64,000 nucleotides of DNA from Patescibacteria group bacterium (GCA_039917355.1 JBDSJN010000003.1:135719-199718); one strand, 5' to 3'; positions 38,110-47,907 are shown, counted from the first letter of the stretch. Notes: generated by a model not told the origin, from the sequence alone. Made by a program: numbers and translations.

Positions 38110-39810
38110 TTAGGTCAATTCATTAAATTTGCCGAGCAGCTCCGTGATTTTGGCGTGGTCGCCCACACGTTCTGCGTCGCGCATCTCCTGTTCGAGGTGT
38201 TCCCGTTCTCGTCTGAGACGAATCTCATACAAGTCGGTGACAGTCTTTTCAAGATCCTCCGTGAGGACTTTAAGCGACTGATCCTCGAACTCACGATCAG
38301 CAACGATCGCGAGGTAATTGGAAAGATCCTCCCTTGCGGGTTCGGCCAGAGGATACCTTGCCAGCCGGTCTTGGGCAAGAGGTCGAAGCTCCGGACGCAG
38401 CTCAAGCACGGCAAGGATCCGCTCCGTGAGCTGATCTTCGCGAGAAGCGTGGGGTTCTGCAGCTTTTTGCTGGGGAGCGACCTGTGGGCTTCCTGCTCGT
38501 TCGACCTGTTGGTTCGTTATCGGTGTTGTGATTTTAACGGATTTAATAGCTTCCCGAAGTGCGTCCTCAGAAACGCCAAGATCGCGTCCAAGCCGCGTGA
38601 TCCACCCGTCTCGTTCGACAGGGTCTGGGATCCGGCGGAATTCGGGGAGGAGATCGCGCGCAACGAGCTTCTTGTCTTCTGGTTTTGAAATATCACGTCC
38701 ACGGAATGCATTCCGATACAGCCACTCAACAATTCCGGCAGAATGCGTAATGGCATCACTCCACAATGCGACATCTTTCCCAGCAGCGTCATCCGGATCT
38801 TTCCCTGCTTCTGGTGGCAACGTAATGATGCGGATGTTGAAATCAAGTTGTCGCGCAAGATCGAGACCACGAAGTGTCGCCGCATTCCCTGCTGCATCTT
38901 GGTCAAACGCAATCGCAAGGTTCTTCGAAAATCGTTTCAACAAACTCAATTGGTCATGTGTGAGCGCCGTGCCTGATGAGGCAATCACATTCGTTATACC
39001 AACACGATGTGATGTGACGACGTCCATGTTGCCCTCAACAATCACCGCAAGATCCTGCCGTTTGATTTCTCCTTTTGCTTTGTCGAGGCCGTACAATACC
39101 GCGGACTTTTTGTAGATTGATGTTTCTGGCGTGTTTACATACTTTGCTTCCTTCTTATCCTCGCTGAGCTGACGTGCCGTAAACCCAACAATATGTCCAT
39201 GCACGTCCGTAATCGTAAACATCAATCGGTCACGGAACCGATCATACACGCCACTCCCCTGTTCACGCTTGCCGACAAGCCCTGCTTTGATGAGCTCATC
39301 TTCTGTCGCCCCTTTCTTCATCAACGCTTCACTTAGCGCTGACCAGCTATCTGGTGCGTAGCCGATGTGCCACAAATCTCCCGTGAGTTCGTCGATATTG
39401 CGTTTTGCGGCGTAGGCTCTCGCATGTTCTGCGCCAGGAGATTCGAGGAGCATCGTCCGGAAAAAGCGCGTTGCGAGATCGTTCACCTCGTACAGCCGTT
39501 TCTTCTCTGACGATTTTTGGATATCAAAACTTGGCAATTCAACACCAGCCTTCGTCGCAAGTAATTCAAGCGCTTCACGAAACTCCATTCCCTCCATCTT
39601 CATCACGAACGAAATTACGTCACCACCCTGATCGCATCCAAAACAATGCCAGCTCTGGCGTGGGCGGTTCACGTAGAAGCTCGGAGTCTTTTCGTGATGG
39701 AACGGACACAGGCCGCGAAAAGAACCACTTCCAGCCGGTTTGAGCGGAAGGTATTCCTGGACAGCATCTGCGATATCCAGCCGTGTTTTTACATCGTCTA
39801 CGGCATCCAT
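38110..39810 (-). CDS. dnaG: DNA primase
   Basis: CHC2 zinc finger [11 protein letters not shown]...CFGC, a TOPRIM domain and EGxxD. Confidence 0.9.
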   Translation of the reverse strand: MDAVDDVKTRLDIADAVQEYLPLKPAGSGSFRGLCPFHHEKTPSFYVNRPRQSWHCFGCDQGGDVISFVMKMEGMEFREALELLATKAGVELPSFDIQKSSEKKRLYEVNDLATRFFRTMLLESPGAEHARAYAAKRNIDELTGDLWHIGYAPDSWSALSEALMKKGATEDELIKAGLVGKREQGSGVYDRFRDRLMFTITDVHGHIVGFTARQLSEDKKEAKYVNTPETSIYKKSAVLYGLDKAKGEIKRQDLAVIVEGNMDVVTSHRVGITNVIASSGTALTHDQLSLLKRFSKNLAIAFDQDAAGNAATLRGLDLARQLDFNIRIITLPPEAGKDPDDAAGKDVALWSDAITHSAGIVEWLYRNAFRGRDISKPEDKKLVARDLLPEFRRIPDPVERDGWITRLGRDLGVSEDALREAIKSVKITTPITNQQVERAGSPQVAPQQKAAEPHASREDQLTERILAVLELRPELRPLAQDRLARYPLAEPAREDLSNYLAIVADREFEDQSLKVLTEDLEKTVTDLYEIRLRREREHLEQEMRDAERVGDHAKITELLGKFNELT

Positions 39811-39819
39811 GGAGGAACC

Positions 39820-40278
39820 TTAGCGCACCTCAAACGTCTGGTCTACGGTCGCGAGGTTATCCGCCGTTCCACAGAGAAGGCGCGCGATCCATTTTCCAGC
39901 TACGCCATCTGCCGGGACCTGCCACGTCCAGCTAAAACGGCCTGGGGCAACTTGTTTTGGCTTGGACGCTTCTTTTGTGAGGATGACAGACGTTTCGTCT
40001 GGTTTATAAATGTCTACGGCGCACACAGACCATTCATTCGAATCAAATACGAGGGTGAGTGATCCTCCTTTTTCGATAGGTGCTGGCGCACCAGCAAGAC
40101 GGATAAATGCGCGGCCCGGATCAACGGGTGGGACGGCGGTCTGTTCACCTGTTGAAGGCGTAACTGGCATTTTGTTTGTTGCGGTGTAACGGAACAGGAT
40201 GTAGAACGCCATCACGACGACAAGCGTTGAGAGCAACGTGAGGGCAATGGTCGATGTGTGTGAACGAGGGCGTGACAT
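39820..40278 (-). CDS. hypothetical membrane-anchored protein
   Basis: Internal Met start gives a TM helix plus a beta-rich domain. Sits 9 bp upstream of dnaG. Confidence 0.45.
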   Translation of the reverse strand: MSRPRSHTSTIALTLLSTLVVVMAFYILFRYTATNKMPVTPSTGEQTAVPPVDPGRAFIRLAGAPAPIEKGGSLTLVFDSNEWSVCAVDIYKPDETSVILTKEASKPKQVAPGRFSWTWQVPADGVAGKWIARLLCGTADNLATVDQTFEVR

Positions 40279-40280
40279 AC

Positions 40281-40472
40281 TTATTGGTATCTGATCCGTA
40301 TCACAATAAACGCAATGGTAATAAGGGGCAAGATCAAAATTGGGAGTACACGTGAGTAGTGCGTTTTTTCTCGTAGCCACTCGTTCCCTAAAACAAAAAT
40401 CAAGACGATAACGATGAAGGCGAGAAGCACCAGAAAATGAATAGGGTCTGCCAACTCGGTAGGTATTTGCAT
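40281..40472 (-). CDS. small two-TM membrane protein (63 aa), AT-rich
   Basis: MQIPTELADPIHFLVLLAFIVIVLIFVLGNEW...ILPLITIAFIVIRIRYQ. Confidence 0.4.
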   Translation of the reverse strand: MQIPTELADPIHFLVLLAFIVIVLIFVLGNEWLREKTHYSRVLPILILPLITIAFIVIRIRYQ

Positions 40473-40475
40473 AGG

Positions 40476-41198
40476 CTACGTTTCTTTTTGAAGTTCCATT
40501 TTTACTAAAATAATCTCTTTATTAACCTCATCTTTTTTTAATTCAATTTCTCCAGCGTTGATCCAACGTATTTCAAAAAAGTTTTTAGGCTGAGATCTGA
40601 GCAAGACCCTGCTTTTAGCGAGTAACGTAATGGTAAAAATTGTAATATTTTCGAGAACACGCAACAAGTCGAGTAAAGCAGCGAGGGGCGTATCAAAATT
40701 TTTTCTGTAACTTGCAACAGCCGCGGCGTTATTCTGAGTCATGACCATTGCTCTGAATTCGGCGAGCATGTTGTTTATTCCTCGAATGTTGTTATTGATA
40801 AGTCTTATTTTTACTGCAAGTACGCCTAAATCATTTAGCATTTCAAGATTGAGCAACTTATTTTGAAAGATTTCGCAACCTGTAAGTTCAGGTATGCTAT
40901 TAAAAGGAAGTTGTGCTTCGGCAGAATTTCGATTATTAAATATTTGTTTCAGGTCGTTTGCAAAAAGAGAAACTGCTTGCATCTCATTAATCAATTGAAG
41001 AGAATATCGCTCAGAAAAAATCAATTCTTGATAGTGAGCTGAATTCAGCTCTTTTCGCCGCTCCTGCTTTGCAGCTAATAGCGTAAAAATAAATGCAAAA
41101 AGAGCTCCAAAAAAAGCACTAGATGGAGCTGTCCATTTGTCTGATGCAAATGCTGTCAGTTCCCTATATTGGACTATGTGGTGGACGTAATGATGCAT
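40476..41198 (-). CDS. hypothetical protein with N-terminal TM helix, strongly AT-rich gene
   Basis: 240 aa rich in N/I/L/K. Local GC is about 28-40%, against about 52% in the flanks. No recognisable family. Confidence 0.5.
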   Translation of the reverse strand: MHHYVHHIVQYRELTAFASDKWTAPSSAFFGALFAFIFTLLAAKQERRKELNSAHYQELIFSERYSLQLINEMQAVSLFANDLKQIFNNRNSAEAQLPFNSIPELTGCEIFQNKLLNLEMLNDLGVLAVKIRLINNNIRGINNMLAEFRAMVMTQNNAAAVASYRKNFDTPLAALLDLLRVLENITIFTITLLAKSRVLLRSQPKNFFEIRWINAGEIELKKDEVNKEIILVKMELQKET

Positions 41199-41204
41199 GG
41201 GTAT

Positions 41205-43286
41205 TTACCTTGTCCGTCCGTGACGAAGTTGCCTCTTTTTCCGCAATTTCGCTTCTTCCGCTTCTGGCAACGCCGACCCTTTCTTTTCTCGTTTCTTCGT
41301 TTCTTTCAAGATCTCTGACATTTCATCTCGTAAGATCGCAGCAAGCTCGAATTGGAGATCTTTTGCAGCTTGTTTCATCTCTGCTTCTTTTCGCTTGAAG
41401 ACGGTTTCGAGGTCCGCTGTTTCTGCGGAAAGTTCGAGCTTCAAAATTTCCTTCACATCTTTCTTTCCTGTGAGCCCAAGTTCAGCACGCAAATCTTTAA
41501 TTGCTTTGATGATTGTCTGTGGCGTAATGCCATGGAGTGTATTGTACGCAACTTGTTTTGTGCGACGGCGATCTGTTTCATCAATCGCGCGTTTCATTGA
41601 GCCAGTGATTCGGTCAGCATACAGGACGACTTGCCCCCGGACGTTACGTGCCGCACGACCGATTGTTTGGATGAGCGCTGTATCCGATCGTAAGAACCCT
41701 TCCTTATCTGCATCCAAAATCGCGACAAGTGCAACTTCTGGCAAATCGAGACCTTCGCGAAGCAAGTTCACACCAACGATGACGTCATACGTCCCCTTTC
41801 GGAATTCGGAGAGGATTTCGAGACGTTCAATCGTATCAATATCGCTATGGAGATAGCGCGACTTGAGCTTGCGTTCGCCGAGGTACTCGTTCAGATCTTC
41901 CGCCATCTTCTTCGTCAGCGTCGTTACGAGGACGCGGTCGCCTCGGTTGACGGTCACGGCAATACGCTCGAGTACGTCATCAATCTGACTGAGCTGCCCC
42001 TTCTTTGGCGTGATTGGCTTCACGAGGACTTCTGGGTCAATAAGACCCGTCGGACGGATGATCTGTTCAACGACTTGCGCAGAGTGCTTCGCTTCAAAAT
42101 CCCCTGGTGTGGCAGAGACGAAGACGGCTTGCTTCACCTTCAGTTCGAACTCAGCAAACATCATCGGTCGGTTATCGCGTGCGCTCGGCAAACGGAATCC
42201 GTATTCGATGAGCGTGTCTTTACGCGATTTGTCCCCCGCATACATCCCACCGACTTGTGGGATTGTCACATGCGATTCATCAACGACAAGAAGGAAATCA
42301 TCCGGGAAGTATGAGAAGAGCGTGTCTGGCGCAGCACCTGCAGGACGGCCAGAAAGATGGCGTGAATAGTTTTCAATACCGTTGCAATATCCCAAATTCT
42401 CCATCATCTCAAGGTCGAACTTCGTGCGACGATCAAGACGCTCTGCTTCGAGCAGCTTCCCATTCTTCTCAAACCAATCAATACGCTCCTTTAATTCTTC
42501 GCGGATCGTCTTGAGAGCGCGCTCACGTTCCGGACCAAGTGTAATAAAGTGCTTCGCAGGGAAAATCCAAAGGTCTTCTTGTTCACGCAAAATCTTTCTC
42601 GTCACCGGATCGGTTTTTAGCACAGCTTCGACGACTCCTCGAGGTGCTTCAATGCGATAGACAAATTCTTCGTTCACCGGCATCACTTCGAGTACGGCGC
42701 CTTGAACGCGGAACGTCCCGCGCAAGATTTCGGCATTCGTTCGAGTGAATTGCATTTCGACAAGGCGACGGACTACGTCATCACGCGTCAGGTCTTGTCC
42801 CTTCTCCACGTGGATCACGGTTTGTTCGTATGCTTCTGGCGCACCAAGGCCGTAGATGCAGGAGACGGATGCGCAAATGATAACGTCCTTCCGTGTGAGA
42901 AGCGCTTGCGTTGCGCTGTGACGGAGACGGTCGATCTCCTCGTTGATCATCGCCTCTTTTTCGATGTAGGTATCACTCTTCGCGATGTACGCTTCTGGCT
43001 GGTAGTAGTCGTAGTATGAAACAAAGTATTCGACGGCATTCTCTGGGAAGAATTCACGGAATTCGTTACAGAGCTGCGCAGCAAGTGTCTTGTTGTGTGC
43101 GATCACGAGCGTCGGCTTCTTGATATTCTGGATGACGTTCGCCATCGTAAACGTTTTTCCCGTCCCCGTCGCACCCAAAAGTGTCTGGTATCGCAACCCC
43201 TTCTCTAGGCCTTGCGTGAGCGCCGAAATAGCCCCAGGCTGGTCGCCTGAGGGCTTATATGGGAGATGGAGTTTGAAATCGGGCAT
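41205..43286 (-). CDS. uvrB: excinuclease ABC subunit B
   Basis: Helicase motifs GATGTGKT, DESH and the C-terminal UVR domain, about 690 aa. Confidence 0.95.
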   Translation of the reverse strand: MPDFKLHLPYKPSGDQPGAISALTQGLEKGLRYQTLLGATGTGKTFTMANVIQNIKKPTLVIAHNKTLAAQLCNEFREFFPENAVEYFVSYYDYYQPEAYIAKSDTYIEKEAMINEEIDRLRHSATQALLTRKDVIICASVSCIYGLGAPEAYEQTVIHVEKGQDLTRDDVVRRLVEMQFTRTNAEILRGTFRVQGAVLEVMPVNEEFVYRIEAPRGVVEAVLKTDPVTRKILREQEDLWIFPAKHFITLGPERERALKTIREELKERIDWFEKNGKLLEAERLDRRTKFDLEMMENLGYCNGIENYSRHLSGRPAGAAPDTLFSYFPDDFLLVVDESHVTIPQVGGMYAGDKSRKDTLIEYGFRLPSARDNRPMMFAEFELKVKQAVFVSATPGDFEAKHSAQVVEQIIRPTGLIDPEVLVKPITPKKGQLSQIDDVLERIAVTVNRGDRVLVTTLTKKMAEDLNEYLGERKLKSRYLHSDIDTIERLEILSEFRKGTYDVIVGVNLLREGLDLPEVALVAILDADKEGFLRSDTALIQTIGRAARNVRGQVVLYADRITGSMKRAIDETDRRRTKQVAYNTLHGITPQTIIKAIKDLRAELGLTGKKDVKEILKLELSAETADLETVFKRKEAEMKQAAKDLQFELAAILRDEMSEILKETKKREKKGSALPEAEEAKLRKKRQLRHGRTR

Positions 43287-43297
43287 GTATGTAATGT

Positions 43298-43386
43298 GTC
43301 ATCCCGGACGTAGTCTGACGGAGATCCGGGATCCCCATCCGATCGAAGGGATCCCGGATCTTCGCTATCGCTTCGTCCGGGATGAC
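43298..43386. repeat. about 89-bp imperfect palindromic intergenic repeat (MITE/REP-like), copy 1
   Basis: Terminal inverted repeats gtcatcccggacg / cgtccgggatgac. Internal gagatccgggatccc / gggatcccggatct arms. Confidence 0.7.
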
Positions 43387-43436
43387 GGCTGGGTCATAAG
43401 GATGACAAATGAGTGGGGATATGTTACCGTCGGCGC

Positions 43437-44396
43437 ATGTTCCGCTGGTCAGATCAACCGCGACCAATCGTCGCCCTCGCGCCCATGGCAGACATGAGCG
43501 ACCTTCCGTTTTGCCTCATTTGCAAGCAACACGGTGCGCCATTGATGTTCCGCGAGATGGTCTCGTCCGAAGCCGTCGTTCGGATGAACCCGAAAACGCT
43601 TAAGATGTGTGAGTTTGATGAGCGGGAACGACCACTCGTCCAACAGATCTTCGGCTCAGACCCTGCAGTTATGGCTGAGGCGGCTCGCATCATTGAGGAG
43701 CGCTACCACCCGGATGCCATCGATATCAACATGGGTTGCCCGGTCTATAACTTAGTCTCGAACTTCAATGGGGCGTTTTTGATCAAAGAACCGGAACGCG
43801 CAACGGCCATCATCAAGGCGATGAAGGCAGCGATCACTGTACCACTCAGCGTAAAAACGCGTCTAGGCTGGAGCAAGGACACGGATGTGCTCGAATTCGT
43901 GAAAGTCCTCGAAGCGGCTGGCGCAGACCTCATCTCGATCCACGGCCGCACCAAGGAACAGGGCTACGCTGGCAAGGCAAATTGGGACCGGATCGGAGAA
44001 GCTCGTGCCAATACGACCCTCCCCGTCCTTGTGAATGGTGATATCACAAACCTCGAAGAAGCTCGTGATGCCCTCAAGCGCTCGAATGCAGACGGCGTCC
44101 TGATTGGTCGCGGTGCACTTGGAAACCCATGGGTGTTTGAACGCATGGTCCGCGGTTTGCGCGAAGGAATCGATCCTGGGATGCCAACAATGGAAGAACG
44201 TCTTGCGGTCGTTCGTGAACACGCAAAACTCCAAGTCGAGCATCATGGCCTGCATGGGCTTGTGAAGTTGCGCAAGCATCTTCCGTGGTATTTCAAGAAT
44301 GTCCCGGGCCTCAAAGGCATCAAAGAAGACCTTGTCCGTGTATCCTCAATGGAGGATCTGGAAGCAGCATTTACAAAACACATCGCAACCGTCTAA
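43437..44396 (+). CDS. tRNA-dihydrouridine synthase
   Basis: ALAPMADMSDLPF, the DINMGCP motif and a TIM-barrel FMN site. Internal ATG chosen over the GTG at 43413. Confidence 0.8.
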   Translation: MFRWSDQPRPIVALAPMADMSDLPFCLICKQHGAPLMFREMVSSEAVVRMNPKTLKMCEFDERERPLVQQIFGSDPAVMAEAARIIEERYHPDAIDINMGCPVYNLVSNFNGAFLIKEPERATAIIKAMKAAITVPLSVKTRLGWSKDTDVLEFVKVLEAAGADLISIHGRTKEQGYAGKANWDRIGEARANTTLPVLVNGDITNLEEARDALKRSNADGVLIGRGALGNPWVFERMVRGLREGIDPGMPTMEERLAVVREHAKLQVEHHGLHGLVKLRKHLPWYFKNVPGLKGIKEDLVRVSSMEDLEAAFTKHIATV

Positions 44397-44399
44397 TAG

Positions 44400-45662
44400 C
44401 TATTGCGTTGCGAGAGCGGAGTCAACACTTGGGAGGAAATTTTCGGCATCCACGGGGATGCCGTTTTGACGCACTTCAAAGTGAAGGTGAGGACCTGTTG
44501 AAAGGCCAGCTCCCGGATCTCCAGGACGGCCACCAGACATCCCAATCACATCGCCACGGTCAACATACGTATCAGGCTTTGCAACAAACTTGGATAAGTG
44601 CGCGTAAATTGTCGCGATGCCTCCCGGGTGTACAATCATCGTGTAGTTTCCGTACTGTTTTCCAGTGCGGTTCCAGGCCACGTATCCGCCAGCCGCCGCG
44701 TGGACGGCTGTCCCAACAGGTGTCGGGATATCTGTGCCTGGGTGTTCAAAGAGCTTGCGATATGGATAGCCTGGGTCATGGAAGTGCGCGCTTACTCCCC
44801 TATATGGTTTGAGCGGCCAGTTTAATAAGACATCTCCACGCGCGAGAGACTCGTCGACAGAATCGAGCGTATCCTTCAGGCGGTCTTGCAGGTTCGAGAT
44901 GTCATCTGCCGTAATCTGTTGTTGCTGCTTGAGCTCATACAAAATCCGTTCAAATTCCTCTTGGCTATTTTCCGTTTCTGCAACAAGAGATATTTTTGTG
45001 TTCCGTTGTTCCTCAAGCTGCGCTTGTTCGACGACGAGTTCCTTCTGATGCTGTTCAATCTCAATACGATGCTGGTCCCGAAGAATTTTTGCCGCACCCA
45101 AGTTGTCTTTGACGCCTTTGAGCGTATTAAGCGACTCCCCAAGATCTTCTTCGAGCTGCGCAACCTCTTCGATGCGGTTATAAAACGCAGAAAGTGTTGG
45201 CTGTGTCAGCAGCACGTCAAGGTCTGATACTTCGTCAGATTGGTTGCTTCGTCGCAAAAACTCTGCAATCAATTCCTTGTGCGTTGAAATGTGTTTTTCT
45301 TCTTCCGTAATCTGCTGTTCCAATTGTTTGATTTCGAGGTTGAGTTCTTCAATTTCCGTTTTGCCTCGTTCGATACTGAGCTCCTTTGCGTGGACCTGGT
45401 TATCAAGTAGCGCAATTTCGTTTTGAAGCGTCAGCTCTGCGTTCGATTGTTCCTGGATACGGCTCTTGTATCCCCCAATCAGCGTATCAAGTTCCTTGAT
45501 TCGGCTTTGCTTATCTTTGACCTGATCGCTCAGGTCATCAAGCTCTGCTTTTACGCCCTGAACAGACGTCTCATCCGCAGAAGCTGGGATCGCATACGGA
45601 AAAACACTTGCCGCGATGAGTGGAGCGAAGAGACTCAGCGTGATGATCCTCCTGAGGTTCAT
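44400..45662 (-). CDS. coiled-coil M23 peptidase (EnvC-like murein hydrolase activator/endopeptidase)
   Basis: Signal peptide, a long coiled coil and a C-terminal M23 domain (HPGTDI...HLHFEV). Confidence 0.75.
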   Translation of the reverse strand: MNLRRIITLSLFAPLIAASVFPYAIPASADETSVQGVKAELDDLSDQVKDKQSRIKELDTLIGGYKSRIQEQSNAELTLQNEIALLDNQVHAKELSIERGKTEIEELNLEIKQLEQQITEEEKHISTHKELIAEFLRRSNQSDEVSDLDVLLTQPTLSAFYNRIEEVAQLEEDLGESLNTLKGVKDNLGAAKILRDQHRIEIEQHQKELVVEQAQLEEQRNTKISLVAETENSQEEFERILYELKQQQQITADDISNLQDRLKDTLDSVDESLARGDVLLNWPLKPYRGVSAHFHDPGYPYRKLFEHPGTDIPTPVGTAVHAAAGGYVAWNRTGKQYGNYTMIVHPGGIATIYAHLSKFVAKPDTYVDRGDVIGMSGGRPGDPGAGLSTGPHLHFEVRQNGIPVDAENFLPSVDSALATQ

Positions 45663-45764
45663 TGAGAAGATAGTATACCCCTCCGTCTTAATTTCGGTAA
45701 TCCTTCGACAAGCTCAGGAAATATTACTACTATTCCCCGAGCGAAGTCTGACGGAGCCGAGGGG

Positions 45765-47249
45765 TTACCGAAGAAATTTGAGAGCATCCTCCAGCCGTTC
45801 GAGCGTTTTCTTTTTCCCATACGCAGCAGCCAGTTCAAATGGCCCTGGAGACTTTTCTTTTCCAGAGAGCGCCACGCGCATCGGCCAAAGCGTATCCCCA
45901 TTCCCCCAGCCTTTTGCTTCGATGAGCCCTTTGATAGTGGATTCAACCGTTGCCATATTCATTGCATCCGTATCTGAGAGGCCTTCAATCGCATCCCGAA
46001 CCGCTTCAAGCCGTTCCTTCGCGGCAGATGCTTCTTGCGCCTTCCAGGCAATTGAAACCGTCGAGTAGTCGAGGTTGTCACGGAAGAAGAAGTCGGTTAA
46101 CTCCGTCACGTCAGAAGGTTTCTCTACACGGTCACGTACAAGGAGAAGGCATCGGTCCGCGAACGAATTGTCGTCCGTTGCGTCAGCGACAAACGGATGT
46201 GTCAATTCAAGATAGCGCTCCTCTGACATTGATTTGAGATATTGCGCGTTCAGCCAGTCCAGCTTCTCCGTGTTGAACACGGCGCCACTCTTATTAATCT
46301 TCGCGATATCAAACATTGCGATGAGTTCATCATGCGTGTAGATCTCACGATCGCCCGTTGGGTTCCAGCCGAGAAGTGCGACAAAATTCAGCAGCGCCTC
46401 TGGCACGTAGCCTTTCTTGAGATAGTCTTCGACCGCAACATCACCTTGTCGCTTGGAAAGTTTTGATCGGTCGCTATTTAAGAGCAGTGGTAAGTGCGCA
46501 AACTTCGGCGGCGTCCAACCAAATGCTTCGTAGATAAAGAGATGTTTCGGTGTGGAAGAAAGCCATTCCTCTCCGCGAATAACCTGCGTGATCTCCATGT
46601 CATGGTCATCACATGTTGCCGCAAGGTGATACGTCGGGAATCCGTCTGATTTGATGATGACTTGGTCATCGATAACCGACCAATCAAAGGTGATGTCGTC
46701 GCGGATAGAGTCGAAGAACGTCACGTTCCCCTCTTTCGGGAGCTTGAGACGGACGACCCAGCTCTCGCCGGCTTCCATCCGCTTGAGCGCTTCTTCATGA
46801 GGGACGCTACGGCACTTGCCGTCATACATCGTTGGTTTGCCTTCGAGTTGTTGTTGCGCACGCAATTCTTCCAATCGTTCCGTCGTGCAGAAGCAGTGGT
46901 ATGCCTTCCCCATCTTCACAAGCTGTTTTGCGTACGTCTGATGTTTGTCCTTCCGTTCCGATTGAACGTATGGCCCAAAATCCCCGCGCTGCGTAACTTC
47001 ACCCTTTTTATCCAACCACACGCCTTCATTTGGCACGACGCCACAGGCTTCGAGTGAGCGACACAGATTTTCGACTGCGCCTTCGACAAGTCGTGATCGG
47101 TCTGTGTCTTCAATGCGCAAAATAAAGTCACCCTCATCGTGCTTTGCAAGGAGTTCGTTATAGAGCGCCGTTCTGAGCCCGCCAATATGCAAAAAACCTG
47201 TCGGACTGGGGGCAAAGCGGACGCGCGTTCGGGGAGCCATATTGCGCAT
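45765..47249 (-). CDS. gltX: glutamate--tRNA ligase
   Basis: RFAPSPTGFLHIGG HIGH motif and KLSKR KMSKS motif. Confidence 0.9.
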   Translation of the reverse strand: MRNMAPRTRVRFAPSPTGFLHIGGLRTALYNELLAKHDEGDFILRIEDTDRSRLVEGAVENLCRSLEACGVVPNEGVWLDKKGEVTQRGDFGPYVQSERKDKHQTYAKQLVKMGKAYHCFCTTERLEELRAQQQLEGKPTMYDGKCRSVPHEEALKRMEAGESWVVRLKLPKEGNVTFFDSIRDDITFDWSVIDDQVIIKSDGFPTYHLAATCDDHDMEITQVIRGEEWLSSTPKHLFIYEAFGWTPPKFAHLPLLLNSDRSKLSKRQGDVAVEDYLKKGYVPEALLNFVALLGWNPTGDREIYTHDELIAMFDIAKINKSGAVFNTEKLDWLNAQYLKSMSEERYLELTHPFVADATDDNSFADRCLLLVRDRVEKPSDVTELTDFFFRDNLDYSTVSIAWKAQEASAAKERLEAVRDAIEGLSDTDAMNMATVESTIKGLIEAKGWGNGDTLWPMRVALSGKEKSPGPFELAAAYGKKKTLERLEDALKFLR

Positions 47250-47292
47250 ATCCTACCCGGGATCCAGTCTGACGTCGAGATATGAAAAAAGC

Positions 47293-47907
47293 CTACTCTT
47301 CGTAGGCAAGGAAAGACGGTTCTCGGAGCTGGAGAAGTTCCATCGCCTTTACGAAGATCTGATGCACGCGCGACCGATGGATGCCGAAAGCTTCCGCAAT
47401 TTCGGCGGTTGTTTGGGGCGTATCGTTCTCGAGGCCAAGGAACCGTATGACGATCTGTTGATGCCTCGGGTCTAGCCGGCGAAATGTTTCCGCAATTCGT
47501 TCGCTCGAACGACGTGCCTCAAGAAGGAAATCGAGGTCAGGCGCATCGTCCTGGTCGCGTTGGAATGCGAGTGTGACGAGGAGGTCTTCCGGTGCGCTAT
47601 CGAGAGTGAATCGGTTCCATCCACCGCTTCCTACAAGGATAGCCCAAGAGCCGGCTGCGTCTGGGACGATTGACCCAACGAACTGCCGATATCCATCGGA
47701 GCGGCTCAGGTGTCCGTTTTGTTCGAGGAGTTCTTTGCCGCATCCCGTAAACTCCGGACTCTCAAAGTACAACCGTGAAAATATTTCGTAGGTTGGCGGA
47801 TAGTCAGTATTAAAGGACGGATTGGATGTGATGATTTCAGCGAGAACTTCGCGTTTCAATATCAACTCCTCCATCGCGAGGGTAACGGAAAACCAAGCGA
47901 CGGTCAA
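47293..47907 (-). CDS. sigma-70 region-4 (HTH) domain protein without regions 2/3
   Basis: C-terminus RRLDPRHQQIVIRFLGLENDTPQTTAEIAEAFGIHRSRVHQIFVKAMELL aligns with region 4.2 of the rpoD in this window. The start overlaps the M3 peptidase stop. A terminator hairpin sits at the stop. Confidence 0.55.
   Translation of the reverse strand: MTVAWFSVTLAMEELILKREVLAEIITSNPSFNTDYPPTYEIFSRLYFESPEFTGCGKELLEQNGHLSRSDGYRQFVGSIVPDAAGSWAILVGSGGWNRFTLDSAPEDLLVTLAFQRDQDDAPDLDFLLEARRSSERIAETFRRLDPRHQQIVIRFLGLENDTPQTTAEIAEAFGIHRSRVHQIFVKAMELLQLREPSFLAYEE

Noticed and set aside
43409-43603. 64-aa plus-strand ORF upstream of and overlapping dus
   Set aside because: It is out of frame with the dus gene and Arg-rich. 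The in-frame ATG at 43437 gives the conserved Dus N-terminus.
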